DNA of 64,000 nucleotides from an uncultured Gammaproteobacteria bacterium (GCA_963817645.1 CAWFQC010000014.1:77228-141227), one strand, 5' to 3'; positions 9,301 to 20,812 are shown, counted from the stretch's first letter. Notes: generated by a model from the sequence alone, not told the origin. Numbers and translations: made by a program.

Positions 9301-9945
9301 TTGCAAGCCGATATAGAAAACATGTTCCTAAAAATTATGATATCAGGACCTGCGGGTAATTTGGAGAGTGTTATTGGCCCCCCTATTACCAGCAAAAAGA
9401 AACTGCTTGGTATAATTTGCCATCCTCACCCTCTATTTGAAGGCACCATGAATAATAAAGTGGTTACAACCATAGCGAGAGCCTTTCGACAACTTGACAT
9501 CGTACCGGTAAGATTTAATTTTCGAGGCGTAGGTGACAGTGAGGGTCAATTCGATTATGGTCTAGGTGAAATGGAGGATCTCAAGGCAGTTATCAAAGAG
9601 GCAGAAAAAACTTATTCAGATTATGCCCTTTTGCTTGCCGGTTTTTCTTTTGGTTCTTATATTGCAATGAAGGTAGCCACTGAAATTAACCCTAAGGCGC
9701 TCATTACTATAGCCCCTCCAGTTAACCACCAGGATTTTGCCAACTTGCCGCCCGTTCGATTTCCCTGGATAGTTGTGCAAGGTGATAAGGATGAAATTGT
9801 CCCCCCTGCTCAAGTTTTTGATTGGTTAAAAGGTGTCCCGGTAAAACCCACCCTCCTTAAAATGCAAGGGGTCAGCCATTTTTTTCATGGTCACTTAACT
9901 GAGCTTCGTGATGAATTAGTTAATATCTTATCCCCTGTTCTTTAA
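9301..9945 (+). CDS. Alpha/beta-fold hydrolase
   Basis: Nucleophile elbow GFSFGSY (GxSxG), a late Asp (QGDKDEIV) and His (VSHFFHGH). About 210 aa. Confidence 0.7.
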   Translation: MQADIENMFLKIMISGPAGNLESVIGPPITSKKKLLGIICHPHPLFEGTMNNKVVTTIARAFRQLDIVPVRFNFRGVGDSEGQFDYGLGEMEDLKAVIKEAEKTYSDYALLLAGFSFGSYIAMKVATEINPKALITIAPPVNHQDFANLPPVRFPWIVVQGDKDEIVPPAQVFDWLKGVPVKPTLLKMQGVSHFFHGHLTELRDELVNILSPVL

Positions 9946-9949
9946 TCAT

Positions 9950-10600
9950 ATTTTTACGCACAAGACTGACCAGCTTTGTTATTCAACTATTAGTTCGACG
10001 AATCTAAGCAAAGAATCTCTACTGCCGTCGTCCCACTGCCATTAAGTTAAGCAATCTGTCGTCCGATGATGGCTTGATCACGGAATCTAGAAAAGTGCCC
10101 CTATCCTGGATCCCGCGAACAAGTCGCGGGACGACGGCGAAGGGGAAATTAATGGCAGTGTGCCGTCGTCCCGCGGCTTGTCCGTGGGGGATCCAGTTCT
10201 CCTTCCTGGATCCCGCGGACAAGCCCATAGGTATCTACACAAGTAAGGAAACCTAAGCTGCTTTAAACTTCGAGGTTATTCAGGAGCCTGGAAACCGTCT
10301 TCCTCGCCCGCTAAGACGTATGAAGAATACACTAACTAATAGGGCGAGGATCCAGCGCCAATCTCATGAAGAAAGCTGTTTTTTTCTTTGAATTGAAGAT
10401 GAATCAGATCAGGCACCAGTACTTGATCCTCGCTCTATTAGTTAGGTTATTTTGGCTCTTTCGGAATCCCTGTGGTATTTTAAAGAAATCCCCCTTTTCC
10501 AAAATGGGAAACCCTTGTCAACCACAGGAATTCCGAAAGAGCCAAAGTTTATTCTCTGAATGTTTGACCTGAAGGGGTTGGGTCACTTGTGTATAATGAC
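9950..10600. repeat. Cluster of nested MITE modules from three families
   Basis: 10031-10163 has inverted cactgccattaagttaag / ttaatggcagtg ends enclosing ggatcccgcgaacaagtcgcgggacgacgg. 10281-10455 is an array-less deletion derivative of the 5700-6500 element. 10454-10545 is the hairpin ggctctttcggaatccctgtgg...ccacaggaattccgaaagagcc. 10545-10600 is the tail shared with 6941-6985. Confidence 0.85.
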
Positions 10601-10839
10601 ATGATTCTTTAATAGGCTCGGGGGCTCTGTTTCTTCGATTCCATCTATAGATTGATCAAATCTTGTGAGGATTAGCTGGCCCTCCAGGTGCCTTTTTAAA
10701 AAAATGGTTAGTGAAATGAACTGGATTAGATAACGCCTCTACCTGCAGTAGCATGACCGCAGAAAAAGAGAGGTAACTATTTGTGTTCATAAAGTGATCA
10801 GACTACAATAACAATAGAAGATGATAGCAGAGGTGAATA

Positions 10840-11415
10840 GTGGCAAAGAATAGTGATCCGTTTGATGATTTTATCAATATGGTATGGGCCAACAGAAGTG
10901 AAGGGTTGCCTGTAACTGGTTTTGATTTAAAGCGAGAGATTACTCCCGAAGAACTAAGGTACATGCACCAAAAATTTGCCTACATGCAGATTTTAAACCC
11001 TGAGGGCCAGGGTGAATTTTCAGATATCCGTTTTATCAGGGGGCAATCGGGTTGGATGATATTAGATTATCGAAACGCTATGTCCACTTCACCAGGCGAG
11101 GCGCTGTTCTCAGATGAACTTTATTCAGGTTCCAGAGATGAGTACTATCGAATTAACCTAGGTACAGGTACTCGGGTAAAACAAATAATTGATACTGCCG
11201 CTGAAATGGTCACTATGGCTAAAGAAAGAAATTGGCCATCAATTCATATCGTCAATGGCCAAAGGCTAATGAAATGGGGTATTTGGAAAGCCTCAATGGA
11301 TTTGGATATCCCGTTGACAGGTTTTGTTCCTACTAAACAAGATGAGGAGAAATATAAAAGGATCAAGACACAATGTCCGACCCTTTTAATTTCTGCTCCA
11401 GTGGCAAAACTCTAG
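10840..11415 (+). CDS. Hypothetical protein (191 aa), no recognisable family
   Basis: GTG start with an upstream agaggtga. The ORF is clean and non-repetitive. There is no signal peptide or TM segment. Confidence 0.55.
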   Translation: MAKNSDPFDDFINMVWANRSEGLPVTGFDLKREITPEELRYMHQKFAYMQILNPEGQGEFSDIRFIRGQSGWMILDYRNAMSTSPGEALFSDELYSGSRDEYYRINLGTGTRVKQIIDTAAEMVTMAKERNWPSIHIVNGQRLMKWGIWKASMDLDIPLTGFVPTKQDEEKYKRIKTQCPTLLISAPVAKL

Positions 11416-12740
11416 CTTGTTGGTGTTGGACTAAAAGTTAAAGTTATATAGTCCTCTTCTGTTGATTCATTTTTAACTAATGTTTTTCTATTATCTACTA
11501 AACGGGTCTTTTCATCATTGCCTGGATCTGCTAATTTGTTGTCTGTGCTATTAAAAAAGTTTCTAAAGCAGCTTGGCAAATATGACTGTGTAGTAGATCT
11601 ATCCAATTCTTCCTCTGCTCCTTTTTGCAAATTTTTAAAGTGTTTTCTTTCGTTATCACTACGAAAGGAAGGATTAGCATCCGTCTCCAGGTCCAGAAGC
11701 CGCGAATGAGCCTTAACATATTTTTTTTCTTCACCTTTTGTTTTTTCGAGAATTTTTCTAATTTCAGACTTATTGTCATTTAGGGCTTGAGAAGGATTAT
11801 CGTTATATTTTCCATTTTTGTTGTTAGCTCTAAAATAACGTTCCAGAGTATTGTCAATCGCGGCAGCTCTTATCTCATTTCGAAACCTAATATTATCAGT
11901 AGGATTCTGAAATAATGGGGGCAGATTAGATATTTTATCATAAAGCTCTTTACGAACACTTAGCCTTTCTTCCTTGTTAATGGTGTTTGCAGCCATTTGA
12001 GCGAGATCTCTAAGAGCTTCTAGCTTTTGTTCCCCTTTAAGTTCGTTATCAATGGACTGTATAGCCTCTTTAGTTTCCTTTGCATCTATAAAATTTTCTA
12101 ATACTCTATCTTTATTTAACTTGAACTTAACATACGCCTTCTCAAAGCTGCCTTTATTATATTCCGTGTTGTTCGCAATATAATCATAAGCGTTTAATTC
12201 TTTCCTTTCTTTACCACTCCCACTCCAAAACGTGTAGGCAGTTCCATCAGATTTTGTCTTAGTAGAGAGTTCATCAGCCAAAATAGCTTGGGATTCAAGG
12301 GTCAGAGTTTTTAACATGTTTTTACTGCCATCAGTATCGGGCGTATGATTGTAAAAAGTTTGTGCTCTTAAAGATAAAAAACGTTCTGCATTGTCTTTGT
12401 TAAATATAGTGTTAGGAAGTGCTCGCGCATGATTTCGAGCCTCAATATGTTCTCTAATTGCGTTATATCTGGCTAATAGATTTTTTTGTGTGCCAATATT
12501 ATCAATGTAGTGAAAATAAGGATCGCTTTCATTATGTAGTTTGTGCTTAAGCGATTCCTCAAGATCAACATCTGCACCCAGAGCCAATGCTGCTTCTGCG
12601 GCTTCTATTGCTAGAGAAATATCTTCACCATCGAAAATGATAGGGTCTTTGCCAGCTGCAACCATCGCAAGCTGCAAGTGCCCGTGGGTTGTTGCTCTCG
12701 TAACTGTCATTCGACAATCTCGATACTCGAATAGACCCAT
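11412..12740 (-). CDS. Hypothetical protein (442 aa), Lys/Glu/Asn-rich and helical
   Basis: Strong RBS GGAGGGAAGG immediately 5' of the ATG at 12740. Long uninterrupted ORF. No recognisable catalytic motif. Confidence 0.6.
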   Translation of the reverse strand: MGLFEYRDCRMTVTRATTHGHLQLAMVAAGKDPIIFDGEDISLAIEAAEAALALGADVDLEESLKHKLHNESDPYFHYIDNIGTQKNLLARYNAIREHIEARNHARALPNTIFNKDNAERFLSLRAQTFYNHTPDTDGSKNMLKTLTLESQAILADELSTKTKSDGTAYTFWSGSGKERKELNAYDYIANNTEYNKGSFEKAYVKFKLNKDRVLENFIDAKETKEAIQSIDNELKGEQKLEALRDLAQMAANTINKEERLSVRKELYDKISNLPPLFQNPTDNIRFRNEIRAAAIDNTLERYFRANNKNGKYNDNPSQALNDNKSEIRKILEKTKGEEKKYVKAHSRLLDLETDANPSFRSDNERKHFKNLQKGAEEELDRSTTQSYLPSCFRNFFNSTDNKLADPGNDEKTRLVDNRKTLVKNESTEEDYITLTFSPTPTS

Positions 12741-13305
12741 CCTTCCCTCCGACTTGGTAAGTCGATTGCGCGTTTAATTTCTCCCCGATCTTGTTGGAAT
12801 TATCAATTGAATTTGGGGTTCTACCCGTAACCTTTCCCTTTGCTTTCTCCTCTCCCATAATTTGTTCATAATAATTGTAGGCTCGATTCTTTATTACCTT
12901 ATTTTCTTTGTCAATCGCTTCTTGTAGTAGGTTTAAGCGCAACCCATGAATTTCCTGTAATTTCTTTAGAATAGCTGCCCTTTGATTTTGGTCGTTAATA
13001 ACAATTCCTTTGATAATCCCATCAGTTTTTTCTTGTCTTTCCTTTAAACTATTGGAGTCGTTTGCTTGAGGAACCTTATTGCCGTCAACTAATCGGTTTA
13101 TACCGCTGTTTTGTACAAGATGCTTGTCTTCCGCTATCCTATCTTGCATCTGTTTCTTTACAGCACCATCAACTGCTAGTGCTTTTGCTTTAATCAAAGC
13201 ATCTAATTCAGCTTCTAGCTGATCTAAAGCCTCTAAGGATTTCTTTTCAGCCTCAGGGGAGGGGTGGGAGGTAGTACCTATCTCTACTGTATTATGTTGT
13301 TGCAT
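12625..13305 (-). CDS. Hypothetical coiled-coil protein (226 aa); the 3' 116 nt overlap the next gene out of frame
   Basis: ATG at 13305. The body is coiled-coil-like (EALDQLEAELDALIKAKA...). The tail after about residue 188 (SIRVSRLSNDSYESNNPRALAACDGCSWQRPYHFRW) looks non-genic. Confidence 0.5.
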   Translation of the reverse strand: MQQHNTVEIGTTSHPSPEAEKKSLEALDQLEAELDALIKAKALAVDGAVKKQMQDRIAEDKHLVQNSGINRLVDGNKVPQANDSNSLKERQEKTDGIIKGIVINDQNQRAAILKKLQEIHGLRLNLLQEAIDKENKVIKNRAYNYYEQIMGEEKAKGKVTGRTPNSIDNSNKIGEKLNAQSTYQVGGKDGSIRVSRLSNDSYESNNPRALAACDGCSWQRPYHFRW

Positions 13306-13515
13306 GAGTTTTTACCCTTTTGTTGATAAATAAGAACTATTATATCGGAATAACCTTAAGACATTCTTAACAAATAGTGGAATTTTTTGCTATATTTTCA
13401 CAATAAATTTAATCAAAATAAGGCTGTCTTCAGCAGGTATTTTATTCAAACTATGCTCAATAGTTTAACACTTTGAGGCATAAATAGCTAACCTTAACCT
13501 CACACCAGCAACTAA

Positions 13516-13923
13516 TTACTGTACCATATCTTTAAGTTTCTTAAGAGGACGTATTTTAACCACATTGCGAGCCGGTTTAGCTTGGAACATCGTTTCTTTG
13601 CCAGTGAATGGGTTGATACCTTTGCGTGCTTTTGTTGCTGGTTTTCTTATTACGCGGCATTTCATTAATCCAGGTACAACGAATTGACCAGGTCCCCGTT
13701 TGTTACCCAAATGCAGTCCCATCAGTTCTGATAATGCAATCATAACGTTGGAAACGTCTTTTTTCTTGAGGCCAGAATTCTCTGAAATGTAATTAAGTAC
13801 CTGAGACTTGGTAAAAGGTGCGCTGATAGTGATTTTTTTCTTGGAGGGGGTGGCAGTGATCGCTGATTTTTTAGCTGGCTTTGACTTTGTTTTCGCCATT
13901 TTTTTGGGTGTTGTATTTGCCAT
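13516..13923 (-). CDS. HU/IHF-family DNA-binding protein with a Lys-rich N-terminal extension
   Basis: MANTTPKKMAKTKSKPAKKSAITATPSKKK is followed by an HU fold: SQVLNYISENSGLKKKDVSNVMIALSEL...VVPGLMKCRVIRKPATKARKGINPFTGKETMFQAKPARNVVKIRPLKKLKD. The start is taken at the internal ATG (13923). Confidence 0.8.
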   Translation of the reverse strand: MANTTPKKMAKTKSKPAKKSAITATPSKKKITISAPFTKSQVLNYISENSGLKKKDVSNVMIALSELMGLHLGNKRGPGQFVVPGLMKCRVIRKPATKARKGINPFTGKETMFQAKPARNVVKIRPLKKLKDMVQ

Positions 13924-14159
13924 TATCGTATTCCTCTTACTTAAAAAATTGATAATTATTGTTGCTAACACCCAGTTCCTTGGACGCTAGCACCGAAATG
14001 TTGTATGTCATGTCCTAATCGATGGCACAATACCATCTTCAAGTTGAAAATGCACCTAAATTATAGGGTTAAATTGCTGCTTGAAGTCAAGATGTAGGGG
14101 TTTTAATGCTCATAATCAAATTGCCATCATTGGGGAGTATCTTTATATAAGCCTTAAAG

Positions 14160-14680
14160 CCTCTGTCCCTCGTCGTAGCACTGCCTTTAAGTTAAGCAAT
14201 CTGTCGTCCGATTCAGTGGAACTATTGCTCCGGCTGCTGGCACTTGCAGCTACCCCCTCTCCCGCGCTATAATTTTTGCTAGAATCAATAAGTTACCAGC
14301 GGGAGAGGGTTGGGGTGAGGGCAAAGTTGGGAGCAGAGTTTGCCCCTCACCCCAACCCTAATCTATGCACACAAGTGGTTTTACTTACTATATCTTGTGT
14401 GTCTGTGAAAGTGGCAGTTACTACATATGGTAGCAAAAAAACGACTTGTGTGCATAGATTAGCACCCCAACCCTCTCCCGCAATAACCTATTGTATATAA
14501 AAAGATTTTTTGCGCAAGAGAGGGGGCGGCTGCAAGTGCTACATGAGGCTGTTATCTTACTAAAAACTCCGAGCCGAGGTATGTTAGCTTAGGTTTCTTT
14601 ACTTGTATAGATACCTATGGAACAAGTCGAGGGACGATGGCGAAGAGGAAATGTCCTTAACTTAATGGCAGTGGGGCCTC
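14160..14680. repeat. Nested MITE cluster bounded by inverted cactgcc(t/a)ttaagttaag ends
   Basis: 14172-14190 (cactgcctttaagttaagc) pairs with 14657-14676 (ccttaacttaatggcagtg). Inner palindromes are ccctctcccgcg...cgggagaggg, ttggggtgagggcaaa...tttgcccctcacccc, and atctatgcacacaagt...acttgtgtgcatagat (14361-14459). Confidence 0.85.
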
Positions 14681-14828
14681 CAAAAGGGGACTGAACACAG
14701 TGGCCTGGGTCAGTTTCAATTTATCAATGAGTTAACCGAACATTACCTTGTTAATTTATAAATGCTTGTATATATTACATGATTGCTGTAATATTTTGTC
14801 CTTTTTCATTTCTTTGGAGCTCCTAATA

Positions 14829-15260
14829 ATGAGTACGTATAGCGCCAAGCCTATTGATGTCCGGCGGAATTGGTATCTTGTTGATGCCACCAACCAAAGA
14901 CTAGGTCGACTGGCAACTTTGATCGCCACACGTTTGCGCGGAAAACATAAACCTGAATTCACTCCGCATGTGGATACAGGCGATTATATTGTTGTCATTA
15001 ATGCAGAAAAAGTTGTTGTATCAGGTAATAAGGCTAGTGATAAAGTCTATTATCGTTATTCTGGCTATCCAGGTGGAATTAAGTCGACAACATTTGAAAA
15101 AATGATTGTTAAAACGCCAAACCGTGTCCTTGAGTCTGCGGTCAAAGGAATGCTTCCGAAAGGGCCTCTGGGGAGGGCTATGTTTCGCAAATTAAAAGTT
15201 TATACAGGTTCAGAACATCCTCACGCAGCTCAACAACCTGAACTATTGGAACACACTTAA
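14829..15260 (+). CDS. rplM: 50S ribosomal protein L13
   Basis: The sequence [61 protein letters not shown] is canonical L13. The ATG at 14829 is preferred over the track start at 14748. Confidence 0.95.
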   Translation: MSTYSAKPIDVRRNWYLVDATNQRLGRLATLIATRLRGKHKPEFTPHVDTGDYIVVINAEKVVVSGNKASDKVYYRYSGYPGGIKSTTFEKMIVKTPNRVLESAVKGMLPKGPLGRAMFRKLKVYTGSEHPHAAQQPELLEHT

Positions 15261-15274
15261 ATTAGGGTAAATAC

Positions 15275-15712
15275 ATGCCAGAAACTATCGCACAAAATTA
15301 TGGTACCGGTCGTCGTAAATCTGCAACAGCACGCGTCTTTATTCGCCCAGGTAAAGGCAATATTACCGTCAACTATTTATCGCTTGACAAATATTTTTCT
15401 CGCGAAATTTCACGGGTTGTTGTCAAACAGCCTCTTGTTGTTTTGGATGTGGAAACGAAATTTGATATCTTTGTTACAGTACGTGGAGGTGGCGGAAGTG
15501 GCCAAGCCGATGCAATTCGTCACGGCCTTGCGCGTGCCTTGGTGGAATATGATGAGGAGGATGGTGGCGCTGAAGGTGGTACTGAAGCTGCAAACTCTTG
15601 GCGTAAGCTGTTGCGAGCGAAAGGCTACCTGACACGTGATTCTAGAATTGTTGAACGAAAAAAAGTGGGGCACAAGAAAGCGCGCAAAAGCCCTCAATTC
15701 TCTAAACGTTGA
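15275..15712 (+). CDS. rpsI: 30S ribosomal protein S9 (with an acidic/Gly insertion)
   Basis: [20 protein letters not shown]...[19 protein letters not shown]...[27 protein letters not shown]. Confidence 0.95.
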   Translation: MPETIAQNYGTGRRKSATARVFIRPGKGNITVNYLSLDKYFSREISRVVVKQPLVVLDVETKFDIFVTVRGGGGSGQADAIRHGLARALVEYDEEDGGAEGGTEAANSWRKLLRAKGYLTRDSRIVERKKVGHKKARKSPQFSKR

Positions 15713-15753
15713 TTTTATTTTTTCTTCAGACTGATTTTAAGGAGTAAATTACA

Positions 15754-16383
15754 ATGACTGTCCTTAAGCGATCTGTAATGACTCTCTATTCCGGTTCACT
15801 TTGTCCTTATAGTCATCGGGTGAGAATTGTATTGGCTGAAAAAGGAGTCGGCGTGGATATTCTCAATGTCGATATTGATAACCCTCCCGAAGAATTAATT
15901 GAGCTTAATCCCTATCAAAGGGTTCCGACCTTGGTTGATCGAGACCTCGTGTTATATGAATCAAATATCATTATGGAATATTTAGACGAGCGTTTCCCTC
16001 ACCCCCCTCTACTTCCTGTCTATCCTGTCGCAAGGGCTAAAAGTCGATTGATGATGTTTCGGATTGAACGAGATTGGTATACCTTGATGCATAAAATAAT
16101 GGCAGGTGGCGCTGATACAGATGCTTCGCGTAAGGAATTGCGTGAAAATTTAGTCTCTTTGACACCTATCTTTGCTAATATGCCTTATTTTATGAGTGAA
16201 GAATTTTCATTAGTGGATTGCTACTTGGCACCGCTTTTGTGGCGATTACCAAGTCTTGGCATTGAGCTGCCACATCAAGCAAATGCCATTAAAAATTACG
16301 CCAAGAAGATATTTGGGCGAGAGTCATTCCAAGCCAGCTTGACCGAACCCGAACGTGAATTAAGAGACGATGATGACATCTAG
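15754..16383 (+). CDS. sspA: Stringent starvation protein A (GST-like)
   Basis: MTLYSGSLCPYSHRVRIVLAEKGV...LNPYQRVPTLVDRDLVLYESNIIMEYLDERFPHPPLLP. It sits in the conserved rplM-rpsI-sspA-sspB order. Confidence 0.9.
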   Translation: MTVLKRSVMTLYSGSLCPYSHRVRIVLAEKGVGVDILNVDIDNPPEELIELNPYQRVPTLVDRDLVLYESNIIMEYLDERFPHPPLLPVYPVARAKSRLMMFRIERDWYTLMHKIMAGGADTDASRKELRENLVSLTPIFANMPYFMSEEFSLVDCYLAPLLWRLPSLGIELPHQANAIKNYAKKIFGRESFQASLTEPERELRDDDDI

Positions 16384-16771
16384 CAGACCTTATTTAATTA
16401 GAGCGTTATATGAATGGATTAATGATAATCGCCTGACGCCTTATATTATTGTCAGTACTGAGTTTCCCGAGGTTAATGTTCCTAGGGAGTTTATAACCGA
16501 TGACAAAATAATTTTTAACATTTCTCCAGAAGCGGTCAATGAGTTGTTTATCAGCAATAGTGAATTAGAATTTGACGCTTCTTTTTCGGGAATCGCTAAG
16601 CATGTGAGTGCGCCTATTGCAGCAATACAAGCTATCTATGCTCAAGAAAATGGCCAAGGCATGTTTTTTGATGGCGATGAACCTGGTGGTGATACTCCTC
16701 CAGATAATACCAGACATGTTAATCCTAAAAAAATTCGATCAAAAAAATCTCATTTGAAAGTTATTAAGTAG
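16370..16771 (+). CDS. sspB: Stringent starvation protein B (ClpXP adaptor)
   Basis: SRPYLIRALYEWINDNRLTPYIIV...VNVPREFI is the SspB N-domain signature. It overlaps the sspA stop. Confidence 0.9.
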   Translation: MMTSSRPYLIRALYEWINDNRLTPYIIVSTEFPEVNVPREFITDDKIIFNISPEAVNELFISNSELEFDASFSGIAKHVSAPIAAIQAIYAQENGQGMFFDGDEPGGDTPPDNTRHVNPKKIRSKKSHLKVIK

Positions 16772-17588
16772 CCACATTAAATTTAAAAATAAAACCATCA
16801 ACTACTCGCAGCTTTGAATATCCTTTATCATAACTGATCGAAGATAAGTCAAGGTGATAGCAACGTCCTTTATATTTTTCCCCAAGGTGATTCATGTCGT
16901 AATTAAAATCTCCAGCAATGACAACCTGCTTATTGGTGGAATTTAATAGGTAATCTATGTCTTCTTGGATGTTGGCATTAGGAACAAAATGGGCATTGAC
17001 AATTCTAAGTCTGTTGGCAGGCTCATCTCCTTTGCCCTTTAGGACAATTTCAGTTACCTGAATACGCCTGGTTTGTGTAGGCAAATCAACAAACTCATCA
17101 AGCGCTACTGGCTCGGCGCTCTGTACCCAGGTTTTATTTACGAGCGTTAGCTGTCCAAATTTATGGTATCCTGTTTTTGAAAAACGCGCATTGTCAATGT
17201 CCCATTGTGTGTCTTTAAGTCTATTTTTTAATGTCGTGAGAAAAATCTTTAGTAGCGGCTTGTCTGGAACCTCTTGTAGGGTCATCACTGCAATTTTCTG
17301 CTGCGCTCGTAAAGATTGGCTGATTTTTATAGCTACACGCTCAAGTCTTTTGAGGTAGTCTTTTTCATTTTCCCTTAGTTTAAATCCGTTATTTGTCCTT
17401 TCCCCCTCACATACGCCACGCGTCATAATATTCCAAGTGAACAATGAAATATCATGGTATATGTCCATTGCTTGACCATAGTGGTCCGATAGACAGGCAT
17501 TAATAGTCACGTGATCTAAATAACTAAAATTTACATCTTCTTGGCAAAATACTTTCTTTCTTAAGTGTGCTGCTAATTTTTTTTCCAT
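16764..17588 (-). CDS. Endonuclease/exonuclease/phosphatase (EEP)-fold protein, apparently lacking the last catalytic motif
   Basis: Ordered EEP motifs are FTWNI, TLQEV, VNAHF, IAGDFNYD and VVDGFIF. The ORF ends 8 residues after VDGFIF without the usual SDH motif. Confidence 0.6.
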   Translation of the reverse strand: MEKKLAAHLRKKVFCQEDVNFSYLDHVTINACLSDHYGQAMDIYHDISLFTWNIMTRGVCEGERTNNGFKLRENEKDYLKRLERVAIKISQSLRAQQKIAVMTLQEVPDKPLLKIFLTTLKNRLKDTQWDIDNARFSKTGYHKFGQLTLVNKTWVQSAEPVALDEFVDLPTQTRRIQVTEIVLKGKGDEPANRLRIVNAHFVPNANIQEDIDYLLNSTNKQVVIAGDFNYDMNHLGEKYKGRCYHLDLSSISYDKGYSKLRVVDGFIFKFNVAT

Positions 17589-18269
17589 TTACTTGGGAAA
17601 ACCTCTTGCCGTTGAAAAAAATTGATAATTTTTATTATAGCTAAATTTTTAATAGCTAATTTTTATAATTTTTTCATCACGGTGCTTTACCCGATCCCAA
17701 AAACAGTTAACACGATATTTCTTAAATAAACAGTAGGGGTCACAATTATCGGCGTCAGCACACCTGTAAAAAGTAGTAACATAAGAATCAATAGGCCCGT
17801 AAATTCGAGCTTCTTCAAGCTTTCGGCAAATCTTTGAGGCAGTGCGCTATAAAGAACTCTGCTTCCATCAAGGGGCGGAATTGGAATAAGGTTTAGTAAC
17901 ATAAGCAATAAATTAATATTGATGCCAGCAAACCCCATATAAACAATGGCTTTAGCCCACTCAAGATGCAATCCCAGTAAATATAAGCCTATCTTAGAAG
18001 CCCCTGCCCAAAAAAATACCATCAAGAAATTAGCAAAAGGCCCAGCAATGGCAACTGCTGCCATATCGCGGCGAGGATGCTTGAGGCGGCTCCAATTAAT
18101 TGGGACAGGTTTTGCCCAACCGAAGACAAAGCCTGTTAAAAGGAGAAGAATAGCCGGAAGAACGATAGTGCCAAACCAGTGTATATGTTTCAAAGGATTT
18201 ATGGTCACTCTGCCCAATGATTTTGCGGTGTCATCGCCTAATTTATAAGCCATAAACCCATGCGCTGCT

Positions 18270-19953
<1,684 letters not shown>

Positions 19954-19969
19954 AGTTTTAGGAAATTTT

Positions 19970-20812
19970 ATGCAAAATGGTGGTAAATTATACATTGTTG
20001 CAACTCCCATCGGCAATCTAGGTGATATTACTTTTCGTGCAATTACGGTATTAAATGAAGTTCAATGGATTGCGGCCGAAGATACCAGGCATAGCAAAAA
20101 GCTGCTTGCCCATTATGGGATTCACACTGCGTTATTATCAGTCCATGCTCATAATGAACGAGCTCAAATTTCCAAGATTTTAAACTGGTTAAGCAATCAT
20201 CAAAGCGTTGCCTACATAACTGATGCGGGTACTCCTTTGATTAGCGATCCAGGGGCTTACTTGGTTCAAACCGTAAGAGAGCAAGGGTATGAGATTGTTC
20301 CTATCCCAGGTCCTTGTGCGGCAATCACAGCGTTAAGTGCCTCTGGTTTCACAGATCCCCATTTCTTCTTTGAAGGTTTTTTGCCTAATCGTCTTTCGGA
20401 AAGAAAGCAAAGGTTGCAACAATTAAAAGATCTGCCCTGTACCATCATTTTTTATGAATCACCTCACAGGATCATGGCAGCTCTTTCGGATATGCTGGAT
20501 ATTTTCGGCGCTCGCCACGCGGTGATAGCAAGAGAACTAACCAAGAAATATGAAACTATCAAATCAGGACCACTAAATGAATTATATAAAATGCTTAATG
20601 CTGATACAAAGCAGCAGTTGGGTGAATTTGTTTTGTTAGTATCCGGAAAAACAAAAGAAGAGAAATTACCTCAAGAGAAAATTGAGGCATTGATGAGCAT
20701 CCTTTTAAAGGAACTGTCATTAAAGAAAGCAGTTTTATTAGGGAGTGACTTGTTAGGTGTCAGCAAAAATGAATTGTATACATTTGCCTTGCAACTAAAA
20801 AATAAAGGGTAG
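19970..20812 (+). CDS. rsmI: 16S rRNA (cytidine1402-2'-O)-methyltransferase RsmI
   Basis: MQNGGKLYIVATPIGNLGDITFRAITVLNEVQWIAAEDTRHSKKLL...FYESPHR. It is divergent from yraN, as in E. coli (yraL). Confidence 0.9.
   Translation: MQNGGKLYIVATPIGNLGDITFRAITVLNEVQWIAAEDTRHSKKLLAHYGIHTALLSVHAHNERAQISKILNWLSNHQSVAYITDAGTPLISDPGAYLVQTVREQGYEIVPIPGPCAAITALSASGFTDPHFFFEGFLPNRLSERKQRLQQLKDLPCTIIFYESPHRIMAALSDMLDIFGARHAVIARELTKKYETIKSGPLNELYKMLNADTKQQLGEFVLLVSGKTKEEKLPQEKIEALMSILLKELSLKKAVLLGSDLLGVSKNELYTFALQLKNKG

Noticed and set aside
10019-10572. ORFs 10019..10228, 10074..10256 and 10366..10572 as small proteins
   Set aside because: They lie wholly within nested palindromic repeats and are mirror-image ORFs on opposite strands. 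The same applies to 14081..14500 and 20873..21240 (peptides such as QRERVGVRA and SGLTATFSRKREKG come from the hairpin modules).
15300-15697. 110-aa and 95-aa ORFs overlapping rpsI
   Set aside because: They are alternative-frame or antisense ORFs inside a universally conserved ribosomal protein gene and are chance open frames.
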